Part shown: positions 37,832 through 49,455 of the stretch, one piece after another | Layout: each line of letters opens with the position of its first letter | Position numbering within the stretch: position 1 is the first letter of the stretch | The notes under the pieces: generated by a model | Seen by the model: only the letters and a program-made list of their open reading frames with translations | The model's database searches: none | What the model was told of the DNA's origin: nothing | Position numbers and translations under genes: made by a program | Origin: Pseudomonadota bacterium | GTDB lineage: Bacteria > Pseudomonadota > Alphaproteobacteria > Rhizobiales > Beijerinckiaceae | Direction: 5' to 3' | DNA length: 64,000 bases | Assembly (NCBI GenBank): GCA_021813805.1 | Contig: JAKAJL010000009.1 | Coordinates: 27,594 to 91,593 of the forward strand

Positions 37832-37897
37832 TATGGAATTCCACTTCCAGTCTTAGTGCGGGCGAAAATCGACCTATCGTCGGTTCAGATACAAACT

Positions 37898-37911
37898 TTG
37901 ATCTAGCTCAA
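37898..37911. promoter_or_regulatory. Possible FixK/FNR box upstream of the NYN gene
   Basis: TTGATCTAGCTCAA fits TTG(A/C)-N6-(T/G)CAA. Confidence 0.45.
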
Positions 37912-38787
37912 ATTTTAGGAAAAGCAAGACAGGCTTTCCTAACATAAGTGCGTCGAATTCATGGCGCCAGTTGACATTTATTAAAATCCACGCCGGATCC
38001 CTCGCTCGCAATCCGTCGTCGCTGACGGCGACGTCATAGTGTAACCTATTGACTGTGCACGACTTTGTCCAGCCATCGTGGCCACCATTTTGGCGAAAAG
38101 CCGGGCGGCGACGAAACGTGTCATTCAAACATTCAGCGATCAAGTGAGGTTTGGCATTGGCCTTTTTGCCAAGTGGGAGTCCGACGTCATATAAACGCGC
38201 GGCAGGCGCGGTCGGGAAAAGGCTTCGGCATCAAATGCCGAGTAAGAAGCGACGCTGCGAACAGTCGCAGACGGCGAACGCGCCAGCGGACGGGGGCTTC
38301 GACAAATCGGACGCCACGAGAAATCGCAAAAACGCAAGCCTGCAATTTCAACGCCGCCAATTTGGACGTCGGGCGGCGCCCGAACGTGATGCTCGAGACG
38401 CGATCTTTCGACTTCCGTGACGCCATCGCCGCATCGTGGGCCCGCTCGCGCCGAGGAGCTTCATTTTCCGCGGCGGGCAGCTCCGCGTTTCGTTCGGCGC
38501 AATCCAGCCGGCGGCTGTCCGGCGCCGACGAAAACATGACCGATGAAAATCGCTGGGGCGCCCAAGACTCCCGATTGCCGAAACTGGGACGGAGGACGCC
38601 AGTTACGGTTTGCAGTGGGGCGCGGGGCGACGGCGCCTGCAGAGACAATTCGCATAATCAATATTATGGAACTTTTAAATCAGCGCGGTCAAACAATCTG
38701 TTGGCGTCCGTATCGCCCCTAACGCTTGATGTGTTCGCCGCAGGTCCCGCGCCAGCAGCCGTCTCAAAAGCCGGCGACCGAGCCCGG

Positions 38788-39984
38788 TCATTGCGCCGCG
38801 CGGGCGATGATCACGATCGGCGCCGCGACCGCCGCGATCGGCAGCGAAAGGACGGTCTTGACCACGCCAGGCGTCGCTTCCAGCGGCGCGTTGGCCGCCT
38901 GTTCAATCGGCGTCGTTCCTTCCGTATGAACGCCTTGCGCCAGCACCTCCTTGAGCTGAGGCGCGATCGCCGCGATCTCCGCGAATTTGTCGTGATTGAG
39001 CGGACCTTCGCCCTTCACATGGCTCAGGTCGACGACGATGGCGTTATATTGGGTCAGGTCCGCCGCGTTCTTGTAGTCGCCAAGCCTTGCCTTGTCGCCG
39101 GCGATAAAGGTGGACAAGGCCAAGGCGCGGTCGTCGCGCGACAGAACGATCAGGAACGGCTGTTTCGGCTTGCCGATCCGCGCCATCTGCGAGCGAAACA
39201 CATCGACGTCGATGTCCGGCGAAGCGAGAATGATCATGCCCAGTTTCTGGCTGTAGCCATGAAGCTCCCTGGTCATGGCGATGTTGCGGAAGGCTTCCAC
39301 GGTCACCCAATTACCCATGGAATGAGCGATGAGACTGATCTTTTCCGCCTTGCTTCGGGCGAGAAGCACAATCAGGCGCTCGAGTTGGTCGCGGGCGATG
39401 GTGGCGCTGTTCTGGTCATAGACATAGCCGGACAGTTCGCCGCGCGACGCCCAGCTGAAATAGACCGGCACGGCCGCCGATTTCGAATCCTGGACGACCT
39501 GGGCCATGCGGTAAAGGCCCTCCGGGAACTTGGTATTGTATCCGTGGACGAAGAGCAGGACGTTGCGCTTGCCCGGCGGCCGTTGCGCGAGTTGCTGGTC
39601 GAGCGCGGCGACAAAGGCCTTTTCACCATCCAGATAGTCCGCCTCACGGGTGACGAAATCGGTCGCCGGATTGCCCGGACGTTGCGATGGCCACTCGATA
39701 TTTCCGGCGACATGGACCGGCGGGACGCTGACCACGGCTTCGGCGAACTGGAGGTCGTGACTGCGCTCGCCGCTGAACATGGCGCCGGGATCGGCTGAGC
39801 GTTTCCGCGTCGTCGCGATCAGAATGGTGTGGCTGGCGGCGCCGGGAGCGCTCGCCGTCACCGGCGGATACATCGGGTCGGCGCCGGGGCGGGCGCAGGC
39901 CGCGAGCAGGCCGGGCAGGACCAGGACCAAAAAAATCGCGCGCGCCCGGCGCCGGAAATCCGACTCCAGCGCCTTTCCGGGCAT
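38788..39984 (-). CDS. Alpha/beta hydrolase lipoprotein (DUF900-like)
   Basis: Lipobox LLAAC, ATTR, FVHGYN, FSWAS, AHSMG, ASPDID, H.KF. Confidence 0.85.
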   Translation of the reverse strand: MPGKALESDFRRRARAIFLVLVLPGLLAACARPGADPMYPPVTASAPGAASHTILIATTRKRSADPGAMFSGERSHDLQFAEAVVSVPPVHVAGNIEWPSQRPGNPATDFVTREADYLDGEKAFVAALDQQLAQRPPGKRNVLLFVHGYNTKFPEGLYRMAQVVQDSKSAAVPVYFSWASRGELSGYVYDQNSATIARDQLERLIVLLARSKAEKISLIAHSMGNWVTVEAFRNIAMTRELHGYSQKLGMIILASPDIDVDVFRSQMARIGKPKQPFLIVLSRDDRALALSTFIAGDKARLGDYKNAADLTQYNAIVVDLSHVKGEGPLNHDKFAEIAAIAPQLKEVLAQGVHTEGTTPIEQAANAPLEATPGVVKTVLSLPIAAVAAPIVIIARAAQ

Positions 39985-40471
39985 GAACGAAGCTGGATGC
40001 AAAAAGATTTCTCTCACGAATTCCTGGGCCCCTGCCCCGATCGCGCTTCCGTCACGGACGAATGGAGCGCCGCAGGCTATACGAAACGCGTCGTCTCGGC
40101 CATCGCGGGCGTCCCCGGAAAGCTCGCCGGAAAGTTCCCGGAGGGGAAGAAATCGCGCGCGAGCGGGACAATTCCGTTCAGGCCGAATGGGCGCGGTTGT
40201 GGACGTTGTTCTCCGCCGCCAAAGGCTACGAGGTTGATAGAACGATTGAATATTTTGCTCCGGCTGAACGCGCGGGGCCAGTTTGCGGGGCGCGCGCGGG
40301 CGGCTGTTGCAGCGGCGCCGCACCCGCGGCTTATTTTTTGGATCGGCGACAAGGCGCGGACGGCCGTCGTGGCCTCGAAGGGCGCCATTACGGCGAAAAA
40401 CGAAAAACCCGATGATCTTTACCGGAGCTGTTCTATGATCGCCGCGCAGAATCCCCTCGAACAGGCGCCAC

Positions 40472-41671
40472 ATGACCTCGAAAAAAGCCGAATATGGTTT
40501 CGCGACCCGGGCGATCCACCACGGGTATAACCCGCTCGATTATCATGGCGCGCTAAATCCGCCGGTCTTCCTGACTTCGACCTACGCCTTCGCCAGCGCG
40601 CAAGCTGGCAGCGACATTTTCGCCGGCGAGGCCCAAGGCTATGTTTACAGCCGTGTCGGCAATCCCACAGTCAGCGTGCTGGAAGCGCGGCTGGCCGAAC
40701 TGGAAGGCGGCGAAGCGGCGCTGGCGACCTCCTCCGGCGTCGGCGCCCTGACGGCGGTCATCTGGACCCTGCTCAAATCCGGCGACGAGATCGTGGCGGA
40801 CCAGATGCTCTATGGCTGCACATTCGGCCTGCTGGAGCATCATATACGGCGTTTCGGCGTCGAAACCCGTTTCGCCGACCTGACCGAGCCCGCCAATCTG
40901 AAAAAGGCGCTCGGACCGAAGACCCGGATGGTGTTCACCGAAACGCCGTCCAATCCCAACATGCGGATCGTGGACATCGCGGCGATAGCCGAAATCTGCC
41001 GCAAGGCCGGCGTCCCGTTCGTCGTGGACAACACCTATTGCACCCCCTATCTCCAGCGGCCCTTGGCTCTGGGCGCCGACATCGTGACCCATTCGGCGAC
41101 CAAATATCTCGGCGGCCATGGCGACCTGATCGCGGGCGCGGTGGTGGCCAGCAAGGAGATGATCAACCAGTTCCGCTTCGCCGGCGTCAAGGAGCTGAAC
41201 GGCGCCTGCATCTCCGCTTTCGACGCCTTCCTGATCCTGCGCGGTCTCAAAACCCTGTCCTTGCGCATGGAGCGCCACTCGGCCACCGCCGAAAAGCTCG
41301 CCCGCGATCTGGAGGCCCATCCCGCCGTCGAGCATGTCTATTATCCCGGCCTCGACAGCCATCCGCAGAAGCAGGTCGCGCGGCGTCAGATGAAGCTGAT
41401 GGGGGGAATGATCGCGCTGGAGTTGCGTGGCGGGCTCGACGCGGGCCGAGCCTTCATGGACGGCGTCGAACTGGCGACCCGTGCGGTGAGCCTCGGCGAC
41501 GCCGAAACGCTCATCCAGCATCCCGCCAGCATGACCCACGTGACTTACACCCCTGACGAGCGCGCCCGCCACGGCTTTACGGATGGACTGATCCGGATTT
41601 CCGTCGGGCTGGAGGATTACGAGGACCTACGCGCCGACCTGATCGGCGCGCTGGACAGGATGGGGCGTTAG
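40472..41671 (+). CDS. megL: Methionine gamma-lyase (PLP trans-sulfuration family)
   Basis: YSRVGNPT, LYGCT (MGL Cys), DNTY, HSATKYLGGHGD, RAVSLGDAETL.QHPASMTH. Confidence 0.85.
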   Translation: MTSKKAEYGFATRAIHHGYNPLDYHGALNPPVFLTSTYAFASAQAGSDIFAGEAQGYVYSRVGNPTVSVLEARLAELEGGEAALATSSGVGALTAVIWTLLKSGDEIVADQMLYGCTFGLLEHHIRRFGVETRFADLTEPANLKKALGPKTRMVFTETPSNPNMRIVDIAAIAEICRKAGVPFVVDNTYCTPYLQRPLALGADIVTHSATKYLGGHGDLIAGAVVASKEMINQFRFAGVKELNGACISAFDAFLILRGLKTLSLRMERHSATAEKLARDLEAHPAVEHVYYPGLDSHPQKQVARRQMKLMGGMIALELRGGLDAGRAFMDGVELATRAVSLGDAETLIQHPASMTHVTYTPDERARHGFTDGLIRISVGLEDYEDLRADLIGALDRMGR

Positions 41672-41733
41672 AAAGAGCGGAACCGGGCGCCACGCCTGGG
41701 CGTTGGCGCTGCAAATCCAACCCAGAGGGACAG

Positions 41734-42120
41734 ATGACCTATTACACCGCGACCAAAATCGAAAAGCCGCTGGCTGAGTCCATCGCGCATGTGGAAGCCG
41801 CGCTGAAGGAGGAAGGCTTCGGGGTGCTGACCCGCATCGACGTCGCCGCAACGCTGAAAGAAAAGATCGGCGCCGAGCTGCGGCCCTATGTGATCCTCGG
41901 CGCCTGCAACCCGAAACTGGCCTTCGAGGCGATCAAGCGCGAAGACAAGGTCGGGACCATGCTGCCCTGCAATGTCATCGTGCAGGAAATCGCGCCCGGG
42001 CGAAGCGAAGTCGCGGCGATCGATCCGGTGGCCTCGATGCAGGCGATTGACAACGCCGAACTCCTGGCGATCGCCGGCGAGGTGCGCGAAAAACTGCGGC
42101 GGGTGATCGAGCGGCTTTGA
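41734..42120 (+). CDS. DUF302 domain protein
   Basis: GFGVL..ID, ILGACNP, MLPCNV.V. Confidence 0.85.
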   Translation: MTYYTATKIEKPLAESIAHVEAALKEEGFGVLTRIDVAATLKEKIGAELRPYVILGACNPKLAFEAIKREDKVGTMLPCNVIVQEIAPGRSEVAAIDPVASMQAIDNAELLAIAGEVREKLRRVIERL

Positions 42121-42130
42121 GGCGGCGCCG

Positions 42131-42583
42131 TCAGGACAGCGCGGTCGCGGCGTCGGGCGAGACGGTCGTGACGCCGAAGGCAGCGAAATGTTCGGGGGTG
42201 CGGGTGACGATGACGAGATCGTGGCTGTCGGCGACGCCGGCCACCAGGGCGTCCGCCATTCCGGGCGCGTGGCCCGCCGCGATCGCCTTGGCCTCGAGGC
42301 GGGCCGCGCGCGCCGCCGCCGTGGCGTCGAGGGCGATGATCCTGTCGTCATAAGCGGCGACCAGCCCGGCGAGCCAGCCGGTGAGGGCGGCGGATTTTTC
42401 CAGTTCGTCCTTATGCTCGAACGCCGCGATGGTTCTTACGATCTCGTGGACCATGACGACCGACAGAAACAGCCTGCCCTCGCGGTCGCGGCGCTCAAGC
42501 CAGTCGAGAAAGGCCGGCGAGGCTTCCGGCTCGACCGGCGAAAGCATGGCGACGACATTGGCGTCGAGCAGGAACCCGCTCAC
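42131..42583 (-). CDS. PIN-domain (VapC) toxin
   Basis: LLDANV, E, DAL.A, VTR...F; 4-nt overlap with the antitoxin. Confidence 0.85.
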   Translation of the reverse strand: MSGFLLDANVVAMLSPVEPEASPAFLDWLERRDREGRLFLSVVMVHEIVRTIAAFEHKDELEKSAALTGWLAGLVAAYDDRIIALDATAAARAARLEAKAIAAGHAPGMADALVAGVADSHDLVIVTRTPEHFAAFGVTTVSPDAATALS

Positions 42584-42828
42584 GGGCGGACATCCCGCGA
42601 GGGCGTTTCATCGCGCCCGGAATCCTCCCCGGGAAAGCTCTTGAGATAGTTGAAAAAGCTAGGCCGTTTGCGCTCCATCGCCTTGCGCGCCAGTTCCGCC
42701 GCCTCAAGCGGCACGAGCGCGGCGACGGGTTTGCCATGCCGGGTGATGGTGACAAACTGGCCCTTGATCGCCTGATCGACGAAGCCGGAAAAACCGGCCT
42801 TGACGTCCTTGAGATTCACAGTCGGCAT
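42580..42828 (-). CDS. Phd/YefM-family antitoxin
   Basis: K..FS..VD.A..G..V.ITRHGKPVAALVP. Confidence 0.88.
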   Translation of the reverse strand: MPTVNLKDVKAGFSGFVDQAIKGQFVTITRHGKPVAALVPLEAAELARKAMERKRPSFFNYLKSFPGEDSGRDETPSRDVRP

Positions 42829-42846
42829 TTTACGCATCACTGAACA

Positions 42847-42862
42847 TGGTCACTGGTGACCA
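42847..42862. promoter_or_regulatory. Palindromic operator of the TA operon
   Basis: TGGTCAC-tg-GTGACCA just upstream of the antitoxin start. Confidence 0.6.
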
Positions 42863-43257
42863 CACCATAGCCCGGCCGGATCAAATGTCCAATCGCCCTG
42901 CTCCCATCCAATTGGTTTCGATGGCTTGGAAAGACGACGAGCTCTTCAATCGTGACCCATGGGCGCCTGATCTGAAATTTTGCGGCCCAGAACCGAGGTC
43001 GAAAGCCGGCGGCGATCCATGATTGAATTTGCCCGCGGCCGCATCGTAGATTCGCCCCCGCTGGTGGCGCAACGACAGGGTCTTCGACCTTATTTTGGAC
43101 CGCCTGGAAGGGCTTGCAGATGCTGAATTCGAGGGTCCGGTCGAATCTGGAAGTATCGCCGTTCTGCGCGTCGAAAGCAGCGGCGCCGTCGCAGTCGGGA
43201 GTCCGGCCAGCGCCGCTGCCCAGCGGTTTCGGGCCGCTCGAACTGGGCATTTCGGAT

Positions 43258-43311
43258 CATGTCGCCATAACGCCCCATGTCACCGTGACGCCCTATGTCA
43301 CCGTGACGCCG
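43258..43311. repeat. Three imperfect 18-bp tandem repeats
   Basis: catgtcgccataacgccc / catgtcaccgtgacgccc / tatgtcaccgtgacgccg. Confidence 0.8.
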
Positions 43312-43379
43312 GGCTTGACGCCGCTCGTCGTCACGCTTGGCGCAATGGCCATCGCGGATTTGCGGCGGCCGAGCGCGCA

Positions 43380-44390
43380 ATGATGGCGGCGCTGCTGCCT
43401 TGGTCGCAGTTCACGATTTGCGTCGCGATGATCGGCTTCGCGGGTCCCGCCTTGACCCGCTATGGCGATATTATCGCCCGCCTGACCGGATTGTCGCGCT
43501 CGTGGATCGGCCTTGTACTGATCGCCACCGCCACTTCCCTGCCCGAGCTGTTCACGGGCGTCAGCGCCGTAACCGTTGCGGATGCGCCCAACATCGCTGT
43601 CGGCGACGCGCTCGGCAGCACTGTGTTCAATCTCGTGATGCTGGTGCTGCTCGATGAGCTGAGCCGCGAGCAGCCGCTCTATCGCCGCATCGACCAGGGG
43701 CATATCCTCACCGCGGGTTTCGGCGTGATCCTCATCGGCGCGGTCGGCGCCTTTCTGCTTCTCAGCCAGAGCGGGCTCGCCTTTCAAATCCTCCATATCA
43801 GCGGCTATACGCCGTTCATCCTCGTGATCTATTTCGTCGCGATGCGCGCCGCCTTTGTCTATGAGCGGCGCGTCCAGCCGCCGCCGGACGTGGCCGAAAT
43901 CAAGAGCGGCGTTTCATTGCGCGGCGCCGTGCTGCGCTATGCCGCCGCAGCGAGCGTGGTGGTGGTCGCCGGTTCCTGGTTGCCCTTTGTCGGGCGCGAC
44001 ATCGCCGAGTCAATGGGCTGGAAGACGACCTTCGTCGGCACGCTCTTGATCGCCGGCGCCACGTCGGTTCCGGAGTTCGTGGTGAGCATGAGCGCGCTGC
44101 GGCTCGGCGCCGTGGACATGGCGATCGGAAATCTGCTCGGTAGCAATCTATTCGACATCCTGATTTTGGCCGTCGACGATCTTGCCTATCCCAAGGGCCC
44201 GCTCCTCGCCGTGGTGTCGCCCTCGCACGCGGTCACCGCCTTCGGCGCCTCGATCATGTCGGGGATTTTTATTGTCGCCATGCTCTTCAAGCCCGAGACG
44301 CGCCTGGGCGGGGCAATTGGCTGGGTCAGCCTTTCGCTGCTCGTCATCTATCTGTTCAGCGCCTACGCCGTGTTCCTGCTCGGCCACTGA
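43380..44390 (+). CDS. Sodium:calcium antiporter (CaCA family)
   Basis: Two alpha repeats ATSLPEL...GD.LGS..FN and ATSVPE...GNLLGSNLF. Confidence 0.9.
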   Translation: MMAALLPWSQFTICVAMIGFAGPALTRYGDIIARLTGLSRSWIGLVLIATATSLPELFTGVSAVTVADAPNIAVGDALGSTVFNLVMLVLLDELSREQPLYRRIDQGHILTAGFGVILIGAVGAFLLLSQSGLAFQILHISGYTPFILVIYFVAMRAAFVYERRVQPPPDVAEIKSGVSLRGAVLRYAAAASVVVVAGSWLPFVGRDIAESMGWKTTFVGTLLIAGATSVPEFVVSMSALRLGAVDMAIGNLLGSNLFDILILAVDDLAYPKGPLLAVVSPSHAVTAFGASIMSGIFIVAMLFKPETRLGGAIGWVSLSLLVIYLFSAYAVFLLGH

Positions 44391-44529
44391 TCGAGGTCAT
44401 CGAGAGACGAATGTTCGGATTTGTGCGGCGAATGCCCAGAAGAATCGCCGGCTCCTATCGACATCTGTCGACACGCATCGGTTTTTCGTTTTACGCTCTG
44501 CCCTCACAGAGAGGCCGGCGGCGTCTTCC

Positions 44530-46122
<1,593 letters not shown>

Positions 46123-46275
46123 GGCGCAATCCCGTCGGTTGGCTTCGATTAAGCCAAGGTTTGGGGGCAGGCAAGGCGCCGAACGCGCCGCGCCCTTCTC
46201 CTGGCGCCATTACGCACGGAAATTTTTTGAAATTTCCGGTTTTGGGCTGATGACAAGCGAAATAGCTTCGACTAA

Positions 46276-46383
46276 CGTACGCCCGTGCTCGAAAACGGGC
46301 GCCCGGGCTCCAAAGAGCCGGTGCTTGCTGTCCAAGTCGTGGGAGGACGTTTCGCAGCGATCATGCGTCGGCGAGGGCGTACG
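46276..46383. ncRNA. Candidate structured RNA between tgt and guaA
   Basis: 9-bp closing stem CGTACGCCC/GGGCGTACG enclosing several hairpins; minus strand GTCCTCCCACGACTTGG motif. Confidence 0.4.
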
Positions 46384-46422
46384 GCCCCAGCCGCTCGATG
46401 CGAAACAGGACAAGGTAAGGCG

Positions 46423-46460
46423 GAGCGGAAAGACTTGACCGTCTTTCCGCTCATTCATTT
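46423..46460. terminator. 12-bp perfect hairpin downstream of tgt
   Basis: GAGCGGAAAGAC-ttgacc-GTCTTTCCGCTC followed on + by attcatttt. Confidence 0.6.
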
Positions 46461-46494
46461 TCGACATCGTTGATTTTCTTGACATCATCGATTT

Positions 46495-47628
46495 TCAAGA
46501 CGTCCCAGGCTCGCCGCAGCGCTCCCAATCCGCCTTGACCTGGTGCCGGTACTCCTCGAAGCGTCTTTCGGCGATCGATGCGCGGGCGCCGGCCATCAGC
46601 TCCTGATAATAAGCGAGATTGACCCAGGTCAGCAGCATCATGCCTAAAATTTCCTGGCAGCGCACGAGGTGGTGCAGATAGGCGCGGGAATAATCCCGCG
46701 CCGCCGGGCAGGAGGAATGAGGATCGAGCGGGCGCTGATCCTCGGCGTTTCGTGCGTTGCGCAGATTGATCTTGCCCCAGCGCGTGTAGGCGAGGCCGTG
46801 GCGCCCGGCGCGGGTGGGCATGACGCAATCGAACATGTCGATCCCCCGCGCGACGGATTCGATCAGATCGTCGGGTGATCCGACGCCCATCAGATAATGC
46901 GGCTTGTCCTCCGGCAGATGCGGCATGACCGTCTCGATCATCGCCAGCATCACCGCCTGCGGCTCGCCGACCGCGAGGCCGCCGACCGCGATCCCTTGAA
47001 AATCCATATCCGCGAGAGCCCGCGCGCTTTCGACGCGCAGGGCCGGCTCCGCCCCGCCCTGGACGATGCCGAAACAGGCGCGGCCCGGCTGCTCACCGAA
47101 GGCCTTGCGCGAGCGTTCCGCCCAGCGAAGCGACAGGCGCATGGCGCGCTCGGCTTCTTCCGCCGAACAGGGAAGTTTGACGCATTCGTCGAATTGCATC
47201 TGGATGTCGGAGCCGAGCAGTCGCTGGATTTCCATTGAGCGCTCGGGGGTCAGCACATGGCGGGCGCCGTCGATATGGGACTGGAAGGTGACGCCGTTTT
47301 CGTCGAGCTTGCGCAGTTTGGCAAGCGACATGACCTGAAAGCCGCCGCTGTCCGTGAGGATCGGATACGGCCAATTCATGAACCTGTGCAGCCCGCCGAG
47401 CGCGGCGACACGCTCGGCGCCGGGCCGCAGCATCAGATGATAGGTATTGCCGAGCACGATGTCGGCGCCAAGCGCGCGCACCTGATCGGGGTACATCGCC
47501 TTGACCGTCGCGGCGGTGCCGACTGGCATGAAGGCGGGTGTGCGTATATTGCCTCGGGGCGTCGCGATTTCGCCGAGACGCGCGCCGCCGTCGCGGGCGA
47601 TGAGCCGGTAGCTGAAATTCTCTGTCAT
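46495..47628 (-). CDS. tgt: tRNA guanosine(34) transglycosylase
   Basis: [47 protein letters not shown]. Confidence 0.96.
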   Translation of the reverse strand: MTENFSYRLIARDGGARLGEIATPRGNIRTPAFMPVGTAATVKAMYPDQVRALGADIVLGNTYHLMLRPGAERVAALGGLHRFMNWPYPILTDSGGFQVMSLAKLRKLDENGVTFQSHIDGARHVLTPERSMEIQRLLGSDIQMQFDECVKLPCSAEEAERAMRLSLRWAERSRKAFGEQPGRACFGIVQGGAEPALRVESARALADMDFQGIAVGGLAVGEPQAVMLAMIETVMPHLPEDKPHYLMGVGSPDDLIESVARGIDMFDCVMPTRAGRHGLAYTRWGKINLRNARNAEDQRPLDPHSSCPAARDYSRAYLHHLVRCQEILGMMLLTWVNLAYYQELMAGARASIAERRFEEYRHQVKADWERCGEPGTS

Positions 47629-47657
47629 CGGTTTCCCAGGCGGCGGCCAAATATTTC

Positions 47658-48740
47658 TCAGGCCGCCGCGCGCGCCGCTTCCGCCAGACGCGAAAAGACG
47701 ACGACCACGAAAGCCCTTTTGTCGAGATTGTATATTTCCAGTTCGCGCGCCTCGCGTTCCAGAAACTCCCATGCGTCGGCATAGGGCGCCACCGCGCGCG
47801 GGCCAAGCCCCTTGTTCTTGTGCAGATTGTCGCTCAGCCAACCATAGAGCGCGCGCAGAAAAGCGTCGAACTCGCTCGCGGCCTCGCGCGCCGCGATCGC
47901 CTCGCCGATGCGCTGGGCGAGGAGCCAGTCCACATCCGGGAGCCGCGCCAGGATTTTCCGGGTCATGCCGTCCACGGGGCTCTCCCCGGCCAGGATCAGC
48001 CGCAAGGCCTCGCGCGCCGACCCTTCCGCGCGGGCGCAGGCGCGCGCCAGATCGGCTTCCGCGACCGCTTCGCCCGCGGCGTCCAGCGCCGCGCCCACGG
48101 CGGAACGCAGCGCGGGCTCGTCGAGCTGCTCGAGCGCCAGCAGCCGGCACCGCGAGCGGATGGTGGGGAGAATGCGGCCGGGATGATGCGCGACCAGGAA
48201 AAACAGGCTGCGCGGCGGCGGCTCCTCGATCAGCTTGAGCAGGGCGTTGGCGCTGTTCACATTGAGATCGTCGGCGCTGTCGACGATGGCCATGCGCCAG
48301 CCGCCCTCGCCCGCCGATTGTTCGAACAGGTGAAGCACGGCGCGCACGTCGTCAACCGTAATGCGCGTCCAATGTTTTTTGGTCTTCTCGTTCCATTCGC
48401 GCCGCAGCAGGGCCAGGTCGCCGAAGGACATGGCCGCAATCCGGCGCGCCGCCGGGTTGTTCGGATCGACCGCAAGATTTTCCGCGCGCTGCACGGCCGG
48501 CAGGCGTGGGTCGGGATTGGCCGCGATGAAGCGCGCCATGCGCCAGGCCAGCGTCGCCTTGCCGATTCCCTGCGGGCCGCCGACGATCCAGGCCTGCGGC
48601 ATGCGCCCGTTGCGAAAGGCGTCGAGCAATTCGCGCTCGGCCTTGTCGTGACCGAACAGACTATTGGTGTCGCGCGGATGAGGCGCCGGTTCGAAACGAT
48701 CGCTTTCCGGCGGCAGGTCCTCCCAGTCGCTTACGCCCAT
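47658..48740 (-). CDS. holB: DNA polymerase III subunit delta'
   Basis: [29 protein letters not shown]; follows tmk. Confidence 0.92.
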   Translation of the reverse strand: MGVSDWEDLPPESDRFEPAPHPRDTNSLFGHDKAERELLDAFRNGRMPQAWIVGGPQGIGKATLAWRMARFIAANPDPRLPAVQRAENLAVDPNNPAARRIAAMSFGDLALLRREWNEKTKKHWTRITVDDVRAVLHLFEQSAGEGGWRMAIVDSADDLNVNSANALLKLIEEPPPRSLFFLVAHHPGRILPTIRSRCRLLALEQLDEPALRSAVGAALDAAGEAVAEADLARACARAEGSAREALRLILAGESPVDGMTRKILARLPDVDWLLAQRIGEAIAAREAASEFDAFLRALYGWLSDNLHKNKGLGPRAVAPYADAWEFLEREARELEIYNLDKRAFVVVVFSRLAEAARAAA

Positions 48741-49396
48741 TGCTTCTCGCCCAAAGCCGGAAGCGGCCATTTATCCCGGCAGGCTGCGAAAATCGCCTCA
48801 GCCACCTCGTCTTCCGGGTTTGAGGCGTCGATCACCTTGCAGCGGTCGGGCTCGGCGCGAGCGATCTCCAGGAACTTTTCGCGCAAAGCCACATGAAAGG
48901 CGACCGCCTCGCCCTCGAATCGATCCACTCCGGCCTGCCCCCGCCTCTTTTTCGCGCGCTCCAACCCGATTTCGGGCGGGAGGTCGAGGATGAAGGTAAG
49001 GTCCGGCCGCACGCCGTCGAGCGTCACGCGCTCCAGCGTCGCCAGCACGTTCTCGACGGCGCCGCCGCGCGCGCCCTGATAGGCGCGGGTCGAATCGGCG
49101 AAGCGGTCGCACAGCACATAGGCGCCGCGCGCCAAAGCCGGGCGGATGATCCTGTCGATATGGTCGATCCGCGCCGCGGAAAACAGCAGGGCCTCGCCGA
49201 AATCGCCGAGATCTCGGGCCTTGCCGCCAAGGATGATGGCGCGCAGCCGTTCGGCCAGCGGCGTGCCTCCCGGCTCGCGGGTCACGACGACCTCGCGGGC
49301 GTGGCCGGCGCGCAAGGCGGCGGCAAGCCGACGAATCTGGGTCGATTTGCCCGCGCCCTCGCCGCCCTCGAAGGTGATGAACCGTCCTTTGCGCAA
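48731..49396 (-). CDS. tmk: Thymidylate kinase
   Basis: FITFEGGEGAGKST, TREPGG, DRF.DS..AYQG. Confidence 0.95.
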   Translation of the reverse strand: MRKGRFITFEGGEGAGKSTQIRRLAAALRAGHAREVVVTREPGGTPLAERLRAIILGGKARDLGDFGEALLFSAARIDHIDRIIRPALARGAYVLCDRFADSTRAYQGARGGAVENVLATLERVTLDGVRPDLTFILDLPPEIGLERAKKRRGQAGVDRFEGEAVAFHVALREKFLEIARAEPDRCKVIDASNPEDEVAEAIFAACRDKWPLPALGEKQWA

Positions 49397-49455
49397 TGAT
49401 GCCTCGCCCGCGACTCAGCCGTAAATCGGAAGTCTTAACCCGAAAAAGCGGCCTT

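Noticed and set aside
40000..40471. SAM riboswitch upstream of megL, and preQ1 riboswitches at the que genes
   Set aside because: No recognisable consensus by eye; an Rfam scan is needed to exclude them fully.
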